Shown here piece by piece: positions 8,370 to 17,304 of a DNA stretch of 64,000 nt; the first letter of the stretch is position 1, and every line of letters begins with the position of its first letter. Source of the DNA: Myxococcota bacterium. GTDB taxonomy: Bacteria; Myxococcota_A; UBA796; CAJQPC01. The translations under genes and the position numbers were made by a program. The notes beneath the pieces were generated by a model that saw only the letters and a program-made list of their open reading frames with translations, made no database searches and was not told where the DNA came from. Location of the stretch: positions 1 to 64,000 of the forward strand of contig JAZAMN010000070.1 in NCBI GenBank assembly GCA_036229005.1, given 5' to 3'.

Positions 8370-9967
8370 CAGAGCCGGCCCCGCATCTCCCGGACCTTGA
8401 GCCCAAGCTGGTTGAAGCGAAGCTGCACCTTCCGGGCGCAGTCGGGGTCGCCCATCAGCAGGCGGGCCATCTCCTGGAAGTCGCCCTTGGTCGCGAAGAA
8501 CATGGCCTGGAAGTACTGGCGCTCCACGTCCTGGGCCACCTTGTTCAGGGTGTCGCCCGAGCGCACCGCGACCTCCAGCTTCCAGCCGTCTTCCGGGGCG
8601 TCGGGGCGTCCATCCCCGCTCTCGCGCAGCAGGTCACGCAGCAGCCGGGGGCGCACCTGCACCACGTCGGCGCGCTCCAGGCGACCGAGCTGGGCCAGCT
8701 CCGCGAAGGTGAACAGCAGCGCGTTCTCCACCGTCATCGCGAACTCGCGCATGTTGCCCGGCCAGCCATGCTTCCGGATCAGCCCCATGCTGCGCTTGGG
8801 GAACAGGAGCTGGATGCAGCCCTCCTTCGGTTCGGGGGCCTTGTCGGCGTCCACGACCTCCAGGCGCACGCTGGTCGAGAGCCCCTGGGCCTCGGCGTAG
8901 CTCTGCACCAGCTCCCGCAGGTAGGGGCCCGCCAGCGCCCGGTCCGCGCAGAACCCCAGCAGCTTGACCAGGTCCACGCCGCGCTCCGCGAGAGAGGGCA
9001 GCACCACCGTGCACGCCGGATTCAGGCGCATGTACAGGTCCGAGCGGAAGCGCCCCTCCCGCACCATCTCGGCCAGGTCCTCGTTCGTGGCCACCACCAG
9101 CTTCACGTCCACCCGGCGCTCGCGCACATCGCCGATGCGCGTGACGATGCCCTCCTGGAGCACCGTGAGCAGCATCTTCTGGGCCTCCAGCGACAGGTTG
9201 CCCACCTCGTCCAGAAAGAGCGTGCCCCCGTCGGCCTCCTCGAAGGCGCCCTTGCGGTCGGCGATCGAGCCCGTGTACGCGCCCTTTACCGAGCCGAACA
9301 GGTGCGCGGCCATCAGCTCCGGCGGCAGGGTGCTCAGGTCCACGGTCACGAAGGCCCCACGCCGTCCCGAGCGCGGGTGCACAAAGTGCCGGGCCAGCAG
9401 GCTCTTTCCGGTGCCGGTGGGGCCGCCGATGATGATGGGAAGCCGCCCCTTGGCCAGGGTCTCCAGCAGTCGCCGCACCCGCCGCATGGGGGTCGAGCGC
9501 CCCCAATAGATGGGCCCCTCCTGCTCCAGCCCGCGCCGGGCCTTGGTCACGCTCGCGATCTGGGCGCCCAGCGAGTTGGCGTCCAGGTCGTCGTCCTCCA
9601 GGAAGTGCGTGAACTCCTCGGCCTGGTCCCCCAGCGCCGTCGGCAGGTCGTCCCGCGCCGTCATCAGGATCACCGGCAGCTCGGGGTGGCTCGCCCGCAG
9701 CTTCTCCAGGATCAGCACGCCCTGGGTGCGCCGCGCCTTGCGCAGAGCCTTGGGGTCCTCCGGGTCGCTGAGCCCCAGCAGGTCCTCCGCCGGGATGTCG
9801 AAGTTGATGTCCAGCAGCACCACATCCGCCCGCTGGCCGTAGCGACGCAGCAGACGTCGGGCCTCGGACCAGCTCCGCGCGGGGCCGTGGTAGCTGTGCT
9901 CCGGGAGGCTGCGCTTGCACAGCTCCAGGGTGCGGTCCTGGTCATCGATCAGCAGCACAAAGGCCAT
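8369..9967 (-). CDS. Sigma-54-dependent activator with atypical receiver and C-terminus
   Basis: Walker A GPTGTGKS, GAYTG loop, LFLDEVG, WPGNMRE. Start set at MAFVLL by the TGATG overlap. Confidence 0.9.
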   Translation of the reverse strand: MAFVLLIDDQDRTLELCKRSLPEHSYHGPARSWSEARRLLRRYGQRADVVLLDINFDIPAEDLLGLSDPEDPKALRKARRTQGVLILEKLRASHPELPVILMTARDDLPTALGDQAEEFTHFLEDDDLDANSLGAQIASVTKARRGLEQEGPIYWGRSTPMRRVRRLLETLAKGRLPIIIGGPTGTGKSLLARHFVHPRSGRRGAFVTVDLSTLPPELMAAHLFGSVKGAYTGSIADRKGAFEEADGGTLFLDEVGNLSLEAQKMLLTVLQEGIVTRIGDVRERRVDVKLVVATNEDLAEMVREGRFRSDLYMRLNPACTVVLPSLAERGVDLVKLLGFCADRALAGPYLRELVQSYAEAQGLSTSVRLEVVDADKAPEPKEGCIQLLFPKRSMGLIRKHGWPGNMREFAMTVENALLFTFAELAQLGRLERADVVQVRPRLLRDLLRESGDGRPDAPEDGWKLEVAVRSGDTLNKVAQDVERQYFQAMFFATKGDFQEMARLLMGDPDCARKVQLRFNQLGLKVREMRGRL

Positions 9968-10347
9968 CAGCTCTCCCTCCGCAGTCGCCGGGTCAGGGTC
10001 TTGAGCGCGTCCTGGATGTCCCTGCACGCCTGGCCCACCGTCTCCAGCTCGGCGGCGCTCAGCACCCCGCTCCGGATCCCTGGCGCCAGCGAGGACAACA
10101 GCAGCATGTTCGCCTCAACCCGCGCCACCTCTTGGCCCGCGCCCTCCAGGGGAGGGGACAGCCGGGCCCACAGCGTGAAGGCGTCCACGTCCCCGCCGGG
10201 GCCGCTCTGGGTGCGCAGCAGGTCGGCCTGGATGGCCTCCAGGCGCTGCGCGGGGCTCGCGTCGTCCCCCAGCCAGCGCTGGTTCATGCAGATGTACTTG
10301 CCCAGGTCGTGGCGAGCGTCCTCGGCGGCGTCCAACAGCTCCGACAT
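9967..10347 (-). CDS. Small helical protein with H-box-like RHDLGKY, possibly a stand-alone phosphotransfer domain
   Basis: GGAGG RBS, MSELLDAAEDARHDLGKY..., stop overlaps the next start. Confidence 0.7.
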   Translation of the reverse strand: MSELLDAAEDARHDLGKYICMNQRWLGDDASPAQRLEAIQADLLRTQSGPGGDVDAFTLWARLSPPLEGAGQEVARVEANMLLLSSLAPGIRSGVLSAAELETVGQACRDIQDALKTLTRRLRRES

Positions 10348-10382
10348 GCGGCCTCCGACCAGGAGGCTAACGCCCACGCCGC

Positions 10383-11342
10383 CTACTTGTGGAAGTGGTG
10401 CAGCAGCCGCAGGTAGTCCACCGAGCTCGGAGGCGCGGGGGGCCGGTAGCGGCTGTCCTCGTCGCCCAGCCAGCGGACGCGCTTCCGGCAGCGCGCGATG
10501 AGCTCCGCCAGCCGGGCGTCCTGCAGCTCGTCCACCAGCGTGGCCATGCGCGAGAGGGGCACGTGACCGCGGCGCACGATGTCCTGGAACAGGTTGCCCA
10601 GGGCCAGGTCGCCCTGACCGGCGGCGATGACCTCCAGCGCCACCGACTGCACCTGCTTGGCGCTCAGGCGCTCGGCCCCGTAGAGCACCAGGGCGGCCTG
10701 GAACCACGAGTAGACCGGCACCAGGCGGGCGCCCAGGTTGCGGAAGATCCGCGGGGGGATGCCGCGCTCGATGCGGATGAAGATGCGCTCCACCGCGTCG
10801 TGGCGCTCCACCTGCTCCAGGGCGTCCAGGGCGGTCTGGATGCGGTCCGGGTAGGCCTTGCCGGCCTCCATGATGCGCTGGACCTCGGCCGGGGTGAGTC
10901 GCCCGGCGATGGCGTCAGCGAACACCGAGTAGACCAGCGCGTCGACCTCGGCGTCGTCTCCGAACAGGGTCTCGGAGTGCTCGGGGCCCATGCCCATGCG
11001 GCCCGTCAGCAGCGCGGGCAGCTTGTAGCCGAACTGGCCCTTCACCGCGCGGAAGCGCCCCCGCCGCAGGTTGTTCAGGTTGTCCTTGAGGTGCAGCTCG
11101 TCGTAGCGGATCCCGTCCAGGCGCAGCTTCTCGGACAGCGTGGCCCGCATCTGCGTGGGGGAGCCGCTCAAGATCACCACCTTGGTGTGGGGCCGGGCCG
11201 ACAGCGCCCGCAGCAGCGCGCCGGAGCCGGGCACGTTGCGCTTGGCGTGGGGGCTCTCCAGCGCGGAGCGCACCAAGCCTCGCACCGAATCGAAATCGGT
11301 GGCCAGGTAGGTCTTGTCCAGGTCCCAGCGGTAGACTTCCAT
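10383..11342 (-). CDS. HAD-superfamily phosphatase, App1/phosphatidate-phosphatase-like
   Basis: WDLDKTYL (DxDxT), ILSGSP, GYKL, LFGDDAEVD. Confidence 0.8.
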   Translation of the reverse strand: MEVYRWDLDKTYLATDFDSVRGLVRSALESPHAKRNVPGSGALLRALSARPHTKVVILSGSPTQMRATLSEKLRLDGIRYDELHLKDNLNNLRRGRFRAVKGQFGYKLPALLTGRMGMGPEHSETLFGDDAEVDALVYSVFADAIAGRLTPAEVQRIMEAGKAYPDRIQTALDALEQVERHDAVERIFIRIERGIPPRIFRNLGARLVPVYSWFQAALVLYGAERLSAKQVQSVALEVIAAGQGDLALGNLFQDIVRRGHVPLSRMATLVDELQDARLAELIARCRKRVRWLGDEDSRYRPPAPPSSVDYLRLLHHFHK

Positions 11343-11380
11343 GGTCGCCAGCCTAACCCTTGTGGGGGACCTCGGGGGCC

Positions 11381-12685
11381 TCAGCGGGGGGACAGGCGCA
11401 GCAGGCCGCGCAGGGGAGTGCCCAGCAGGGGAGCGTGGGCCGCCGCGATGGCGCCGTCGTAGCCGGGGTCGGTGGCGATGCGGAACTCGGGGCTGTCGAT
11501 CAGCGCGTCCAGCCGCTCCAGCACACCCGCCTTGACCCGGCGCCCAGCGACGCCCTGTAGCATCGAGCCGCCGACCTCCACGGTGCGCAGGCCGCCCAGG
11601 AACACCTGGGCCTCGGCGATCACCCCAAAGAGCAGCTCCGCGATCCACTCGCAGGTCGCGCGACCGGCCTCGTCTCCGTCCTGCAGGTGCTCGGCCAGCC
11701 GGTATCCAGCCTGCCAGGCGGTGCAGGGAGCGCCGCTCAGGGTCTCCAGGGTCTGCGCGACCCCCAGCCCGCTCAGGTAGGTCTTCATGGCGCCCCGCAG
11801 GGGCAGATAGGTGTGGGGCCGGGCATCCGGGCGGGCGTCGATCACCAGGCGCCCCAGCTCCGTGGGGTTCACTGTCCCGTCCGCGTCGATCCAGCAGCCG
11901 CCAAAGGAGGTGCCGATCTGCAGCCGCAGCATGCGCCGGTTGCCCTGCCCGGACAGGTGCCGTCCCAGGTTGGTCAGGTCGTTGAACAGCGCCAGGGGCC
12001 CCTGGGTCAGCCCGCTGGCGACCTGCTGGGCGAACTGGTCCAGGAGCTGCACATCCCCGATGCGCTTGCGCATCACGGTCGACAGCGACACCACGCTCCC
12101 GTCCACGCCCATGGGGCTTGCGAACCCGATGCCCAGCGAGCCAATGTTGCGCCCCTGGGCCACTTCCTGGACCAGACCCCGGCTGCGACGGACCAGGCTC
12201 TCGATGCCGTGCTCTCCCTCGGGCCAGGTGGGCTGGCTGGCCTTGGAGACCACCCGCCCGCTCTCCATCGCGCAGCACTTCATGCCCGTGCCGCCGATGT
12301 CCAGGCCCACATTCACGCCCGCGCCCGCCGGCATGGGGTCCCACGGATCCGCGCGGCTGGGCAGGTCCAGGGTGCCGGTGGGCAGCTCCTGCACTTCCCG
12401 GTTCACCGCGATGGGGATCTTGTGGACGCTGCGCAGGGGCTCCAGGAAGGGCTCCAGGCGCTCCTCCGCGACCGGGGCGTGGAGCTCCGCCGCCGCGGGC
12501 TGGAGCAGCAGGAGGCCGTTGTGCAGGCGCTGCAGGATCTCGCGCCCCTCCGAAGGGGGGGCCAGCCAGACAAAGGACCGGGAGTCCGCGCCGCCGCCCA
12601 GGCCATAGCGGAGCAGCAACTGCCAGGGCTGAGCCCGGGGGTGCCGCCGCAGCTTGTCGAGCCGACTGTGGAGCGTTGTGAGCAT
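11381..12685 (-). CDS. ROK-family kinase-like protein
   Basis: GLDIGGT, GIGFASP, FND, IGTSFGG, ELG, VGG. No Cys zinc motif. Confidence 0.75.
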   Translation of the reverse strand: MLTTLHSRLDKLRRHPRAQPWQLLLRYGLGGGADSRSFVWLAPPSEGREILQRLHNGLLLLQPAAAELHAPVAEERLEPFLEPLRSVHKIPIAVNREVQELPTGTLDLPSRADPWDPMPAGAGVNVGLDIGGTGMKCCAMESGRVVSKASQPTWPEGEHGIESLVRRSRGLVQEVAQGRNIGSLGIGFASPMGVDGSVVSLSTVMRKRIGDVQLLDQFAQQVASGLTQGPLALFNDLTNLGRHLSGQGNRRMLRLQIGTSFGGCWIDADGTVNPTELGRLVIDARPDARPHTYLPLRGAMKTYLSGLGVAQTLETLSGAPCTAWQAGYRLAEHLQDGDEAGRATCEWIAELLFGVIAEAQVFLGGLRTVEVGGSMLQGVAGRRVKAGVLERLDALIDSPEFRIATDPGYDGAIAAAHAPLLGTPLRGLLRLSPR

Positions 12686-12829
12686 GGGACTCAGTGGACC
12701 GGTGGGGACGGAAGAGGTCACAGTGCGCTCGGGATTGCAGGGCTCACCGCCCGGCACCCCGGCCTCCCCCCGATCGGAACAACCCCGGCCCAAGCGAGGT
12801 CACCCGTAGCCACGGCTGGAAACCCGCTC

Positions 12830-12922
12830 TGGGACCCTTTCGGGAACCCTCTCGGGAACCCTCTCGGGAACCCGTTCGGGAACCCTCTCGGGAACCCGTT
12901 CGGGAACCCATTCGGGGACCCC
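12830..12922. repeat. 12-bp tandem repeat CGGGAACCC(TCT/GTT/ATT): six clean units plus degenerate flanks
   Basis: Units at 12841, 12853, 12865, 12877, 12889, 12901. Confidence 0.9.
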
Positions 12923-12928
12923 AGAGCC

Positions 12929-12953
12929 AAAACGCCACCCCGAAGGGTGGCGT
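12929..12953 (-). terminator. Intrinsic terminator downstream of tRNA-Phe
   Basis: Minus strand ACGCCACCC-TTCG-GGGTGGCGT followed by a T-run. Confidence 0.8.
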
Positions 12954-12977
12954 CTCGTGAACAAAGGTTCTGAGAGG

Positions 12978-13050
12978 TGGCCAGAGAGGGAGTCGAACCC
13001 CCGACACGCGGATTTTCAATCCGCTGCTCTACCAACTGAGCTATCTGGCC
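12978..13050 (-). tRNA. tRNA-Phe(GAA), 3' CCA not fully encoded
   Basis: GGCCAGATAGCTCAGTTGGTAGAGCA-GCGGATTGAAAATCCGC-GTGTCGGGGGTTCGACTCCCTCTCTGGCCA, followed by CCT. Confidence 0.97.
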
Positions 13051-13183
13051 GTTTCTCTCAAAGAACCTTTGGTTTCCGCTTCAACAGCATCTGCTTGAAC
13101 GTTCACTGGCCGCCAGCTTCTGCATCCGCTTCATCAGCAGCGTCAGGGGTGCGACCGAGAGGCTCAGCCTCAAAGGCCCCCGC

Positions 13184-13212
13184 CATATAGGGCCCTCCAT
13201 TTGGAGTGTCAA
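13184..13212 (-). promoter_or_regulatory. Sigma-70 promoter for tRNA-Phe
   Basis: TTGACA-17 nt-TATATG followed by a GC-rich discriminator. Confidence 0.65.
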
Positions 13213-13222
13213 CACGAAAGGA

Positions 13223-14611
13223 TCACTCGTAGACGATGTCCTTCACCTGGATGTCCAGGCGGTTGATCCGGTAGTTTAGGTTGGAGCGACTCAATCCAAG
13301 ATCGCGGGCGGCTTGGGCCTGCACACCCTTCGAGAGCTTGAGCGCCTGGATCAGCACCTGGCGCTCGTACTCCAGCAAAGCCGCCTGCAGCGTCATGCCT
13401 GGGGGGAGCACCGGCTCGTCGAGATCCTGGGTGCGGATCTCGGGCAGCTTCACCCCGATCAGCGTGTCCCCTCGGGACAGGATCACCGCCCGCTCGATCA
13501 CGTGCTTGAGCTCGCGCACGTTGCCTGGCCAGGGGTAGTCCATCAGCCGCTGCAGCGTGGCCTCGCCTACACCCAGATCGGGGTTGCGTCCGTGCCGAGA
13601 TGCGAAGAGGTGAACAAAGTGGGCCACCAGCAGTGGGATGTCATCCCTCCTCTCCCTCAGCGGAGGCAGGGGGATCGTGAAGACATTGAGCCGGTAGTAG
13701 AGGTCCTCTCGGAAGCGGCCCTCGCGCACCTCGTCCAGCAGGGTGCGGTTGGTGGCGGCGACCACCCGGGCGTCTACCTGGAGGGTCTGGGTGCCGCCCA
13801 CGCGGGTCACCTCCCCGGACTCCAGCACGCGCAGCAGCTTGACCTGGGTGGACATCGGGATCTCGCCGATCTCGTCCAGGAAGAGGGTTCCGCCGTGGGC
13901 TTGCTCGAACTTGCCGCGGTGTTGACGTACCGCGCCGGTGAACGCACCCTTCTCGTGTCCAAAGAGCTCCGACTCCAGCAGGCCTTCGGGCAGGGCGGCG
14001 CAGTTGACCCGCACAAAGGGACCCTTGCGGCGCTCGGAGCGGAAGTGGATGGCCTGGGCCATCAGCTCCTTGCCGGTGCCGGTGGGGCCCTCGAGCAGCA
14101 CCAGCGCGCGGGTGTCGGCCACGGACTCGATGAGCTCGTAGACCTCGACCATGGCGGGGGTGGCCCCGACGATGTTGTCGAACCCGTACTGCTCGTCGAC
14201 CCGCTGGCGCAGCTCCTGGAGCTCGGCCAGCAGCGCCTTGCCCTGGATGGCCTTGTCCACGATGAGCAGCAGCTCCTCGCGGGAGACAGGCTTGATGATG
14301 TAGTCGTCGGCCCCCTGCTTCATGGTGGAGACGGCGTCCTGGACGCTCCCGTAGCCGGTCATGATCACCGCGCGGGTGTCCGGCCAGCGCTCCCGGAGGA
14401 CCTTGAGCAGCTCAAGCCCGGTCATCCCGGGCATGGCCACGTCGGAGAGCACCAGATCGGTGGCCTGCTGGTCCAGCATGCGCAGCGCCTCCTTTGCGGA
14501 GGAGGCCAGCTCGACCTGGTAGCCGGCCTTGCGCAGGTTCACGCCCAGGGCGGTCCGCACAGCCTTGTCGTCGTCGACGACAAGGACCCTCGCGGTGGGG
14601 CCCTCGGCCAT
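13223..14611 (-). CDS. NtrC-family sigma-54 response regulator
   Basis: Receiver domain, [30 protein letters not shown], Fis-type HTH. Confidence 0.96.
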   Translation of the reverse strand: MAEGPTARVLVVDDDKAVRTALGVNLRKAGYQVELASSAKEALRMLDQQATDLVLSDVAMPGMTGLELLKVLRERWPDTRAVIMTGYGSVQDAVSTMKQGADDYIIKPVSREELLLIVDKAIQGKALLAELQELRQRVDEQYGFDNIVGATPAMVEVYELIESVADTRALVLLEGPTGTGKELMAQAIHFRSERRKGPFVRVNCAALPEGLLESELFGHEKGAFTGAVRQHRGKFEQAHGGTLFLDEIGEIPMSTQVKLLRVLESGEVTRVGGTQTLQVDARVVAATNRTLLDEVREGRFREDLYYRLNVFTIPLPPLRERRDDIPLLVAHFVHLFASRHGRNPDLGVGEATLQRLMDYPWPGNVRELKHVIERAVILSRGDTLIGVKLPEIRTQDLDEPVLPPGMTLQAALLEYERQVLIQALKLSKGVQAQAARDLGLSRSNLNYRINRLDIQVKDIVYE

Positions 14612-17034
14612 CAGTTGACCTCGATGATGTACGGCATCAGCAGCAGCTCGCCCTCGTCCGCCAAGGTGGCGTAGGGGAGCATGGTCGCCAGGGGAGGGGG
14701 CAGGTCCACGGTGGGCACCATCGTGCGCATCAGCATGTTCGCGGCGGTCTGGGGGACGTCGCCCCAGGTGTCCTCCTGGCCCCGGTAGGTGACAAGCTGG
14801 ACGTCGGCGTCGGGGTCCAGCCCGGCCTCGGCCTTGGCGCGGTCCACGGCGTCCATCAGGCCGCCGATCTCGTCCACCAGGCCGGCCTCCTTCGCGCGGG
14901 TGCCCGACCAGACGCGGCCGCGAGCGACCTCTTCGACCTCGTCCATGGTCAGATCCCGACCCTGGCTGACGCGGGTCTTGAACTGCAGGTAGGTGTCCCC
15001 GACCATGCGGTCCATGGCCGCCAGCTCCACCTCGTCCAAGGGCTTGGACATGGAGTACATCCCGGACTTCCGGCCGCGCAGGTACAGGGTGTAGGAGACG
15101 CCCAGCTTCTCGTAGAGATCGCCGAAGCTGTACTTGCCGGAGTAGACGCCGATCGAGCCGGTGATGGTGGTGGGCTCGGCGAAGATGGCGTCCGCGCCGG
15201 CCGCCACGTAGTAGCCGCCGCTGGCCGCGACGCCGCCCATGGACACGATCACGGGCTTGCCCTTGTCCTTGAGCAGCTCGATGGCCCGCCAGATCTCGTC
15301 GCTGGCGTAGGCGCTGCCGCCGGGGGAGTCCACGCGGAGCACGACGGCCTTCACGGAGTTGTCCTTGGCCGCCTGACGCAGGTAGCGGACCACGGTGTCC
15401 GATCCGGTGTTCGCGCCGCCCAGCAGCCCGCCGGAGCTGCTCTCGCCGCCGGTGATGGGGCCGGTGACGTACACGATGGCGACCTGCTTGGGCATGCGCC
15501 AGCCGTCGCTGTCCGGGAACATCCGGTACTCGTCGTCCAGGTCGTAGCCGCGGGGGAAGACGTCCTCCAGGGTGTCATCGAGCTGGTCGGGGTAGATCAG
15601 CGCGTCGACCAGGCCGAGATCCAGGGCCTCCTGGGCGGTGTAGGGGCCGCCGTCGATCAGGTCCAGGACCTCCTGCTCCTCCAGGTCCCGACCCTCACCG
15701 ATGCCGGCCACCAGGTTGTTGAACAGGTCGTCCAGCAGAGCCTCGGTCTGTTCGCGGGAGCCGTCGCTGGGCTCCGTGTTGGTCCACTGCTCGGGGGCGG
15801 ACTTGTACTTCTCGCGCTTGACGTACTGCGCGTCCACGCCGACCAGATCCAGGGCTCCGGCGAAGTACTGCATCTCCATGCTCATGCCGATCAGGTCGAG
15901 CCCACCGGCGGGGTGCAGGTAGACCTTGTCGCAGACGGAGGCCAGGTAGTAGGCCTTGGATCCGGGCTGGCCCCCCAGGAAGGCCACGACGGGCTTGCCC
16001 TTGGCCTGCATTGCCTCCACGGCCGCCTTGATCTCGTCGAGCTGCGCCCAGGAGAAGCGGGGGCTGGACAGGTCCAGGACCATGCCCTTCACCGACTTGG
16101 AGTCGGCGGCGTACTCCAGCCGCTCCAGCAGGTGGACGTAGGACTCCGCGCTGCTCCCGAAGAGCACAGCCTGGCTCTGGTAGGGGTAGGAGCGGTCCAG
16201 GTCGATGACCGGGATCTCCTTGCCCGCTCCAAAGATGTTCTCCTCGAGGGGACCGGTGAGCAGGTAGCCGGTGAACACCTCCTCGGTGGGCTGAGTGTAG
16301 GCGCCCGCTCCGAGCCCTTCCAGGTAGACCTCCAGGCCCGCACCCACAGACCAGCGGGAGAGGTCCGGGTTGGTGTCGCCCTGGGCCCGCAGCACCAGGC
16401 CCGAGGTGGGCTTGAGGCGCAGGATGGCGGACATCGTGTGCTGGTTGTCGGCCCCGATCACGGTCAGCGCGTCGTCGTCCGCGTACTCGTAGTCAAAGGA
16501 CACCTCCAGCACATCGTGGGCAGGCCGGACTGTCATGGAGGCGCCGTAGCGGGACCAGACCCCCAGGTCGGGCTGCTGGTTGCCGATGTTCCTGGCTACG
16601 CCACCCAGGCCCAGCCAGGGCAGGGGACGCCAGCCCACGCCCAGGTCCCAGGTCACGAAGTTCTCCTGGTGCTCCGGGAGGTTCCAGGTGAGGTTCGCGC
16701 CGATGTTGAAGCGCTGGGGGAGCCGGACGGACACGGCGGAGTTGAGGCCCCACCAGCTCTCACCGCCGATGTTGCGGTACTGCAGGCCCAAGCCCGTGCC
16801 GCCCGCGGTGGTGCTGAGCGCCACCTGTTGGGCGCTGTTGCCGTAGTCGCGCTGGTACCAGGCGCCCAGGTTGGCGTCCGGGTCGAAGCCCATCAGCGCG
16901 GGGTTCACCCAAGGGGTCGCCGCGCTGTTCTCAGCGGACATGCTCGCGGCGGGGGCGAGCAGGCGCTCCTGGCCGAGCTTGGGGTTGGCGTCCTGCGCCA
17001 GGGCGGGGTTCAATCCGAGTACAAACAGCAGCAT
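14611..17034 (-). CDS. sppA: Signal peptide peptidase SppA (S49, tandem domains) with an N-terminal beta-barrel-like region
   Basis: KYKSA, LRVDSPGGS, SMGGVAASGGYY, TITGSIGV, ARGRVWSG. The N-terminal ~270 aa show WVNPA and alternating beta-strands. Confidence 0.9.
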   Translation of the reverse strand: MLLFVLGLNPALAQDANPKLGQERLLAPAASMSAENSAATPWVNPALMGFDPDANLGAWYQRDYGNSAQQVALSTTAGGTGLGLQYRNIGGESWWGLNSAVSVRLPQRFNIGANLTWNLPEHQENFVTWDLGVGWRPLPWLGLGGVARNIGNQQPDLGVWSRYGASMTVRPAHDVLEVSFDYEYADDDALTVIGADNQHTMSAILRLKPTSGLVLRAQGDTNPDLSRWSVGAGLEVYLEGLGAGAYTQPTEEVFTGYLLTGPLEENIFGAGKEIPVIDLDRSYPYQSQAVLFGSSAESYVHLLERLEYAADSKSVKGMVLDLSSPRFSWAQLDEIKAAVEAMQAKGKPVVAFLGGQPGSKAYYLASVCDKVYLHPAGGLDLIGMSMEMQYFAGALDLVGVDAQYVKREKYKSAPEQWTNTEPSDGSREQTEALLDDLFNNLVAGIGEGRDLEEQEVLDLIDGGPYTAQEALDLGLVDALIYPDQLDDTLEDVFPRGYDLDDEYRMFPDSDGWRMPKQVAIVYVTGPITGGESSSGGLLGGANTGSDTVVRYLRQAAKDNSVKAVVLRVDSPGGSAYASDEIWRAIELLKDKGKPVIVSMGGVAASGGYYVAAGADAIFAEPTTITGSIGVYSGKYSFGDLYEKLGVSYTLYLRGRKSGMYSMSKPLDEVELAAMDRMVGDTYLQFKTRVSQGRDLTMDEVEEVARGRVWSGTRAKEAGLVDEIGGLMDAVDRAKAEAGLDPDADVQLVTYRGQEDTWGDVPQTAANMLMRTMVPTVDLPPPLATMLPYATLADEGELLLMPYIIEVN

Positions 17035-17304
17035 TCCGTCTCCTGGAGAGGCCAGCCGACCCCTCTGGTCCGTGACATTGTGACCCATGAGAGCGCTTTC
17101 GGTGCGGAGCGGGCGTCAAGGCTGGGTCTTGACCGCGCAAGCGACGGCTGGTTCCAACTTCAAGGAAGCGCGCGCAAGTCCTTGCAGTGCAAAGTGGAAA
17201 GTGTTTCATTGATCATGAGAGCCGAGGCGTGATTCGCCATCGGCGGGACCCTCTGGAGCCTCTCCGGTGTCCCAACAGAGCGCTCGCGAATGACGGGGAG
17301 TACC

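Noticed and set aside
12830..12922. CRISPR array or a GNPL/GSRE repeat protein
   Set aside because: The 12-bp period has no spacers, and the overlapping ORFs lack credible starts and are products of the repeat.
12978..13050. Genomic island integrated at tRNA-Phe
   Set aside because: No integrase nearby, and I found no duplicated tRNA 3' end in the window.
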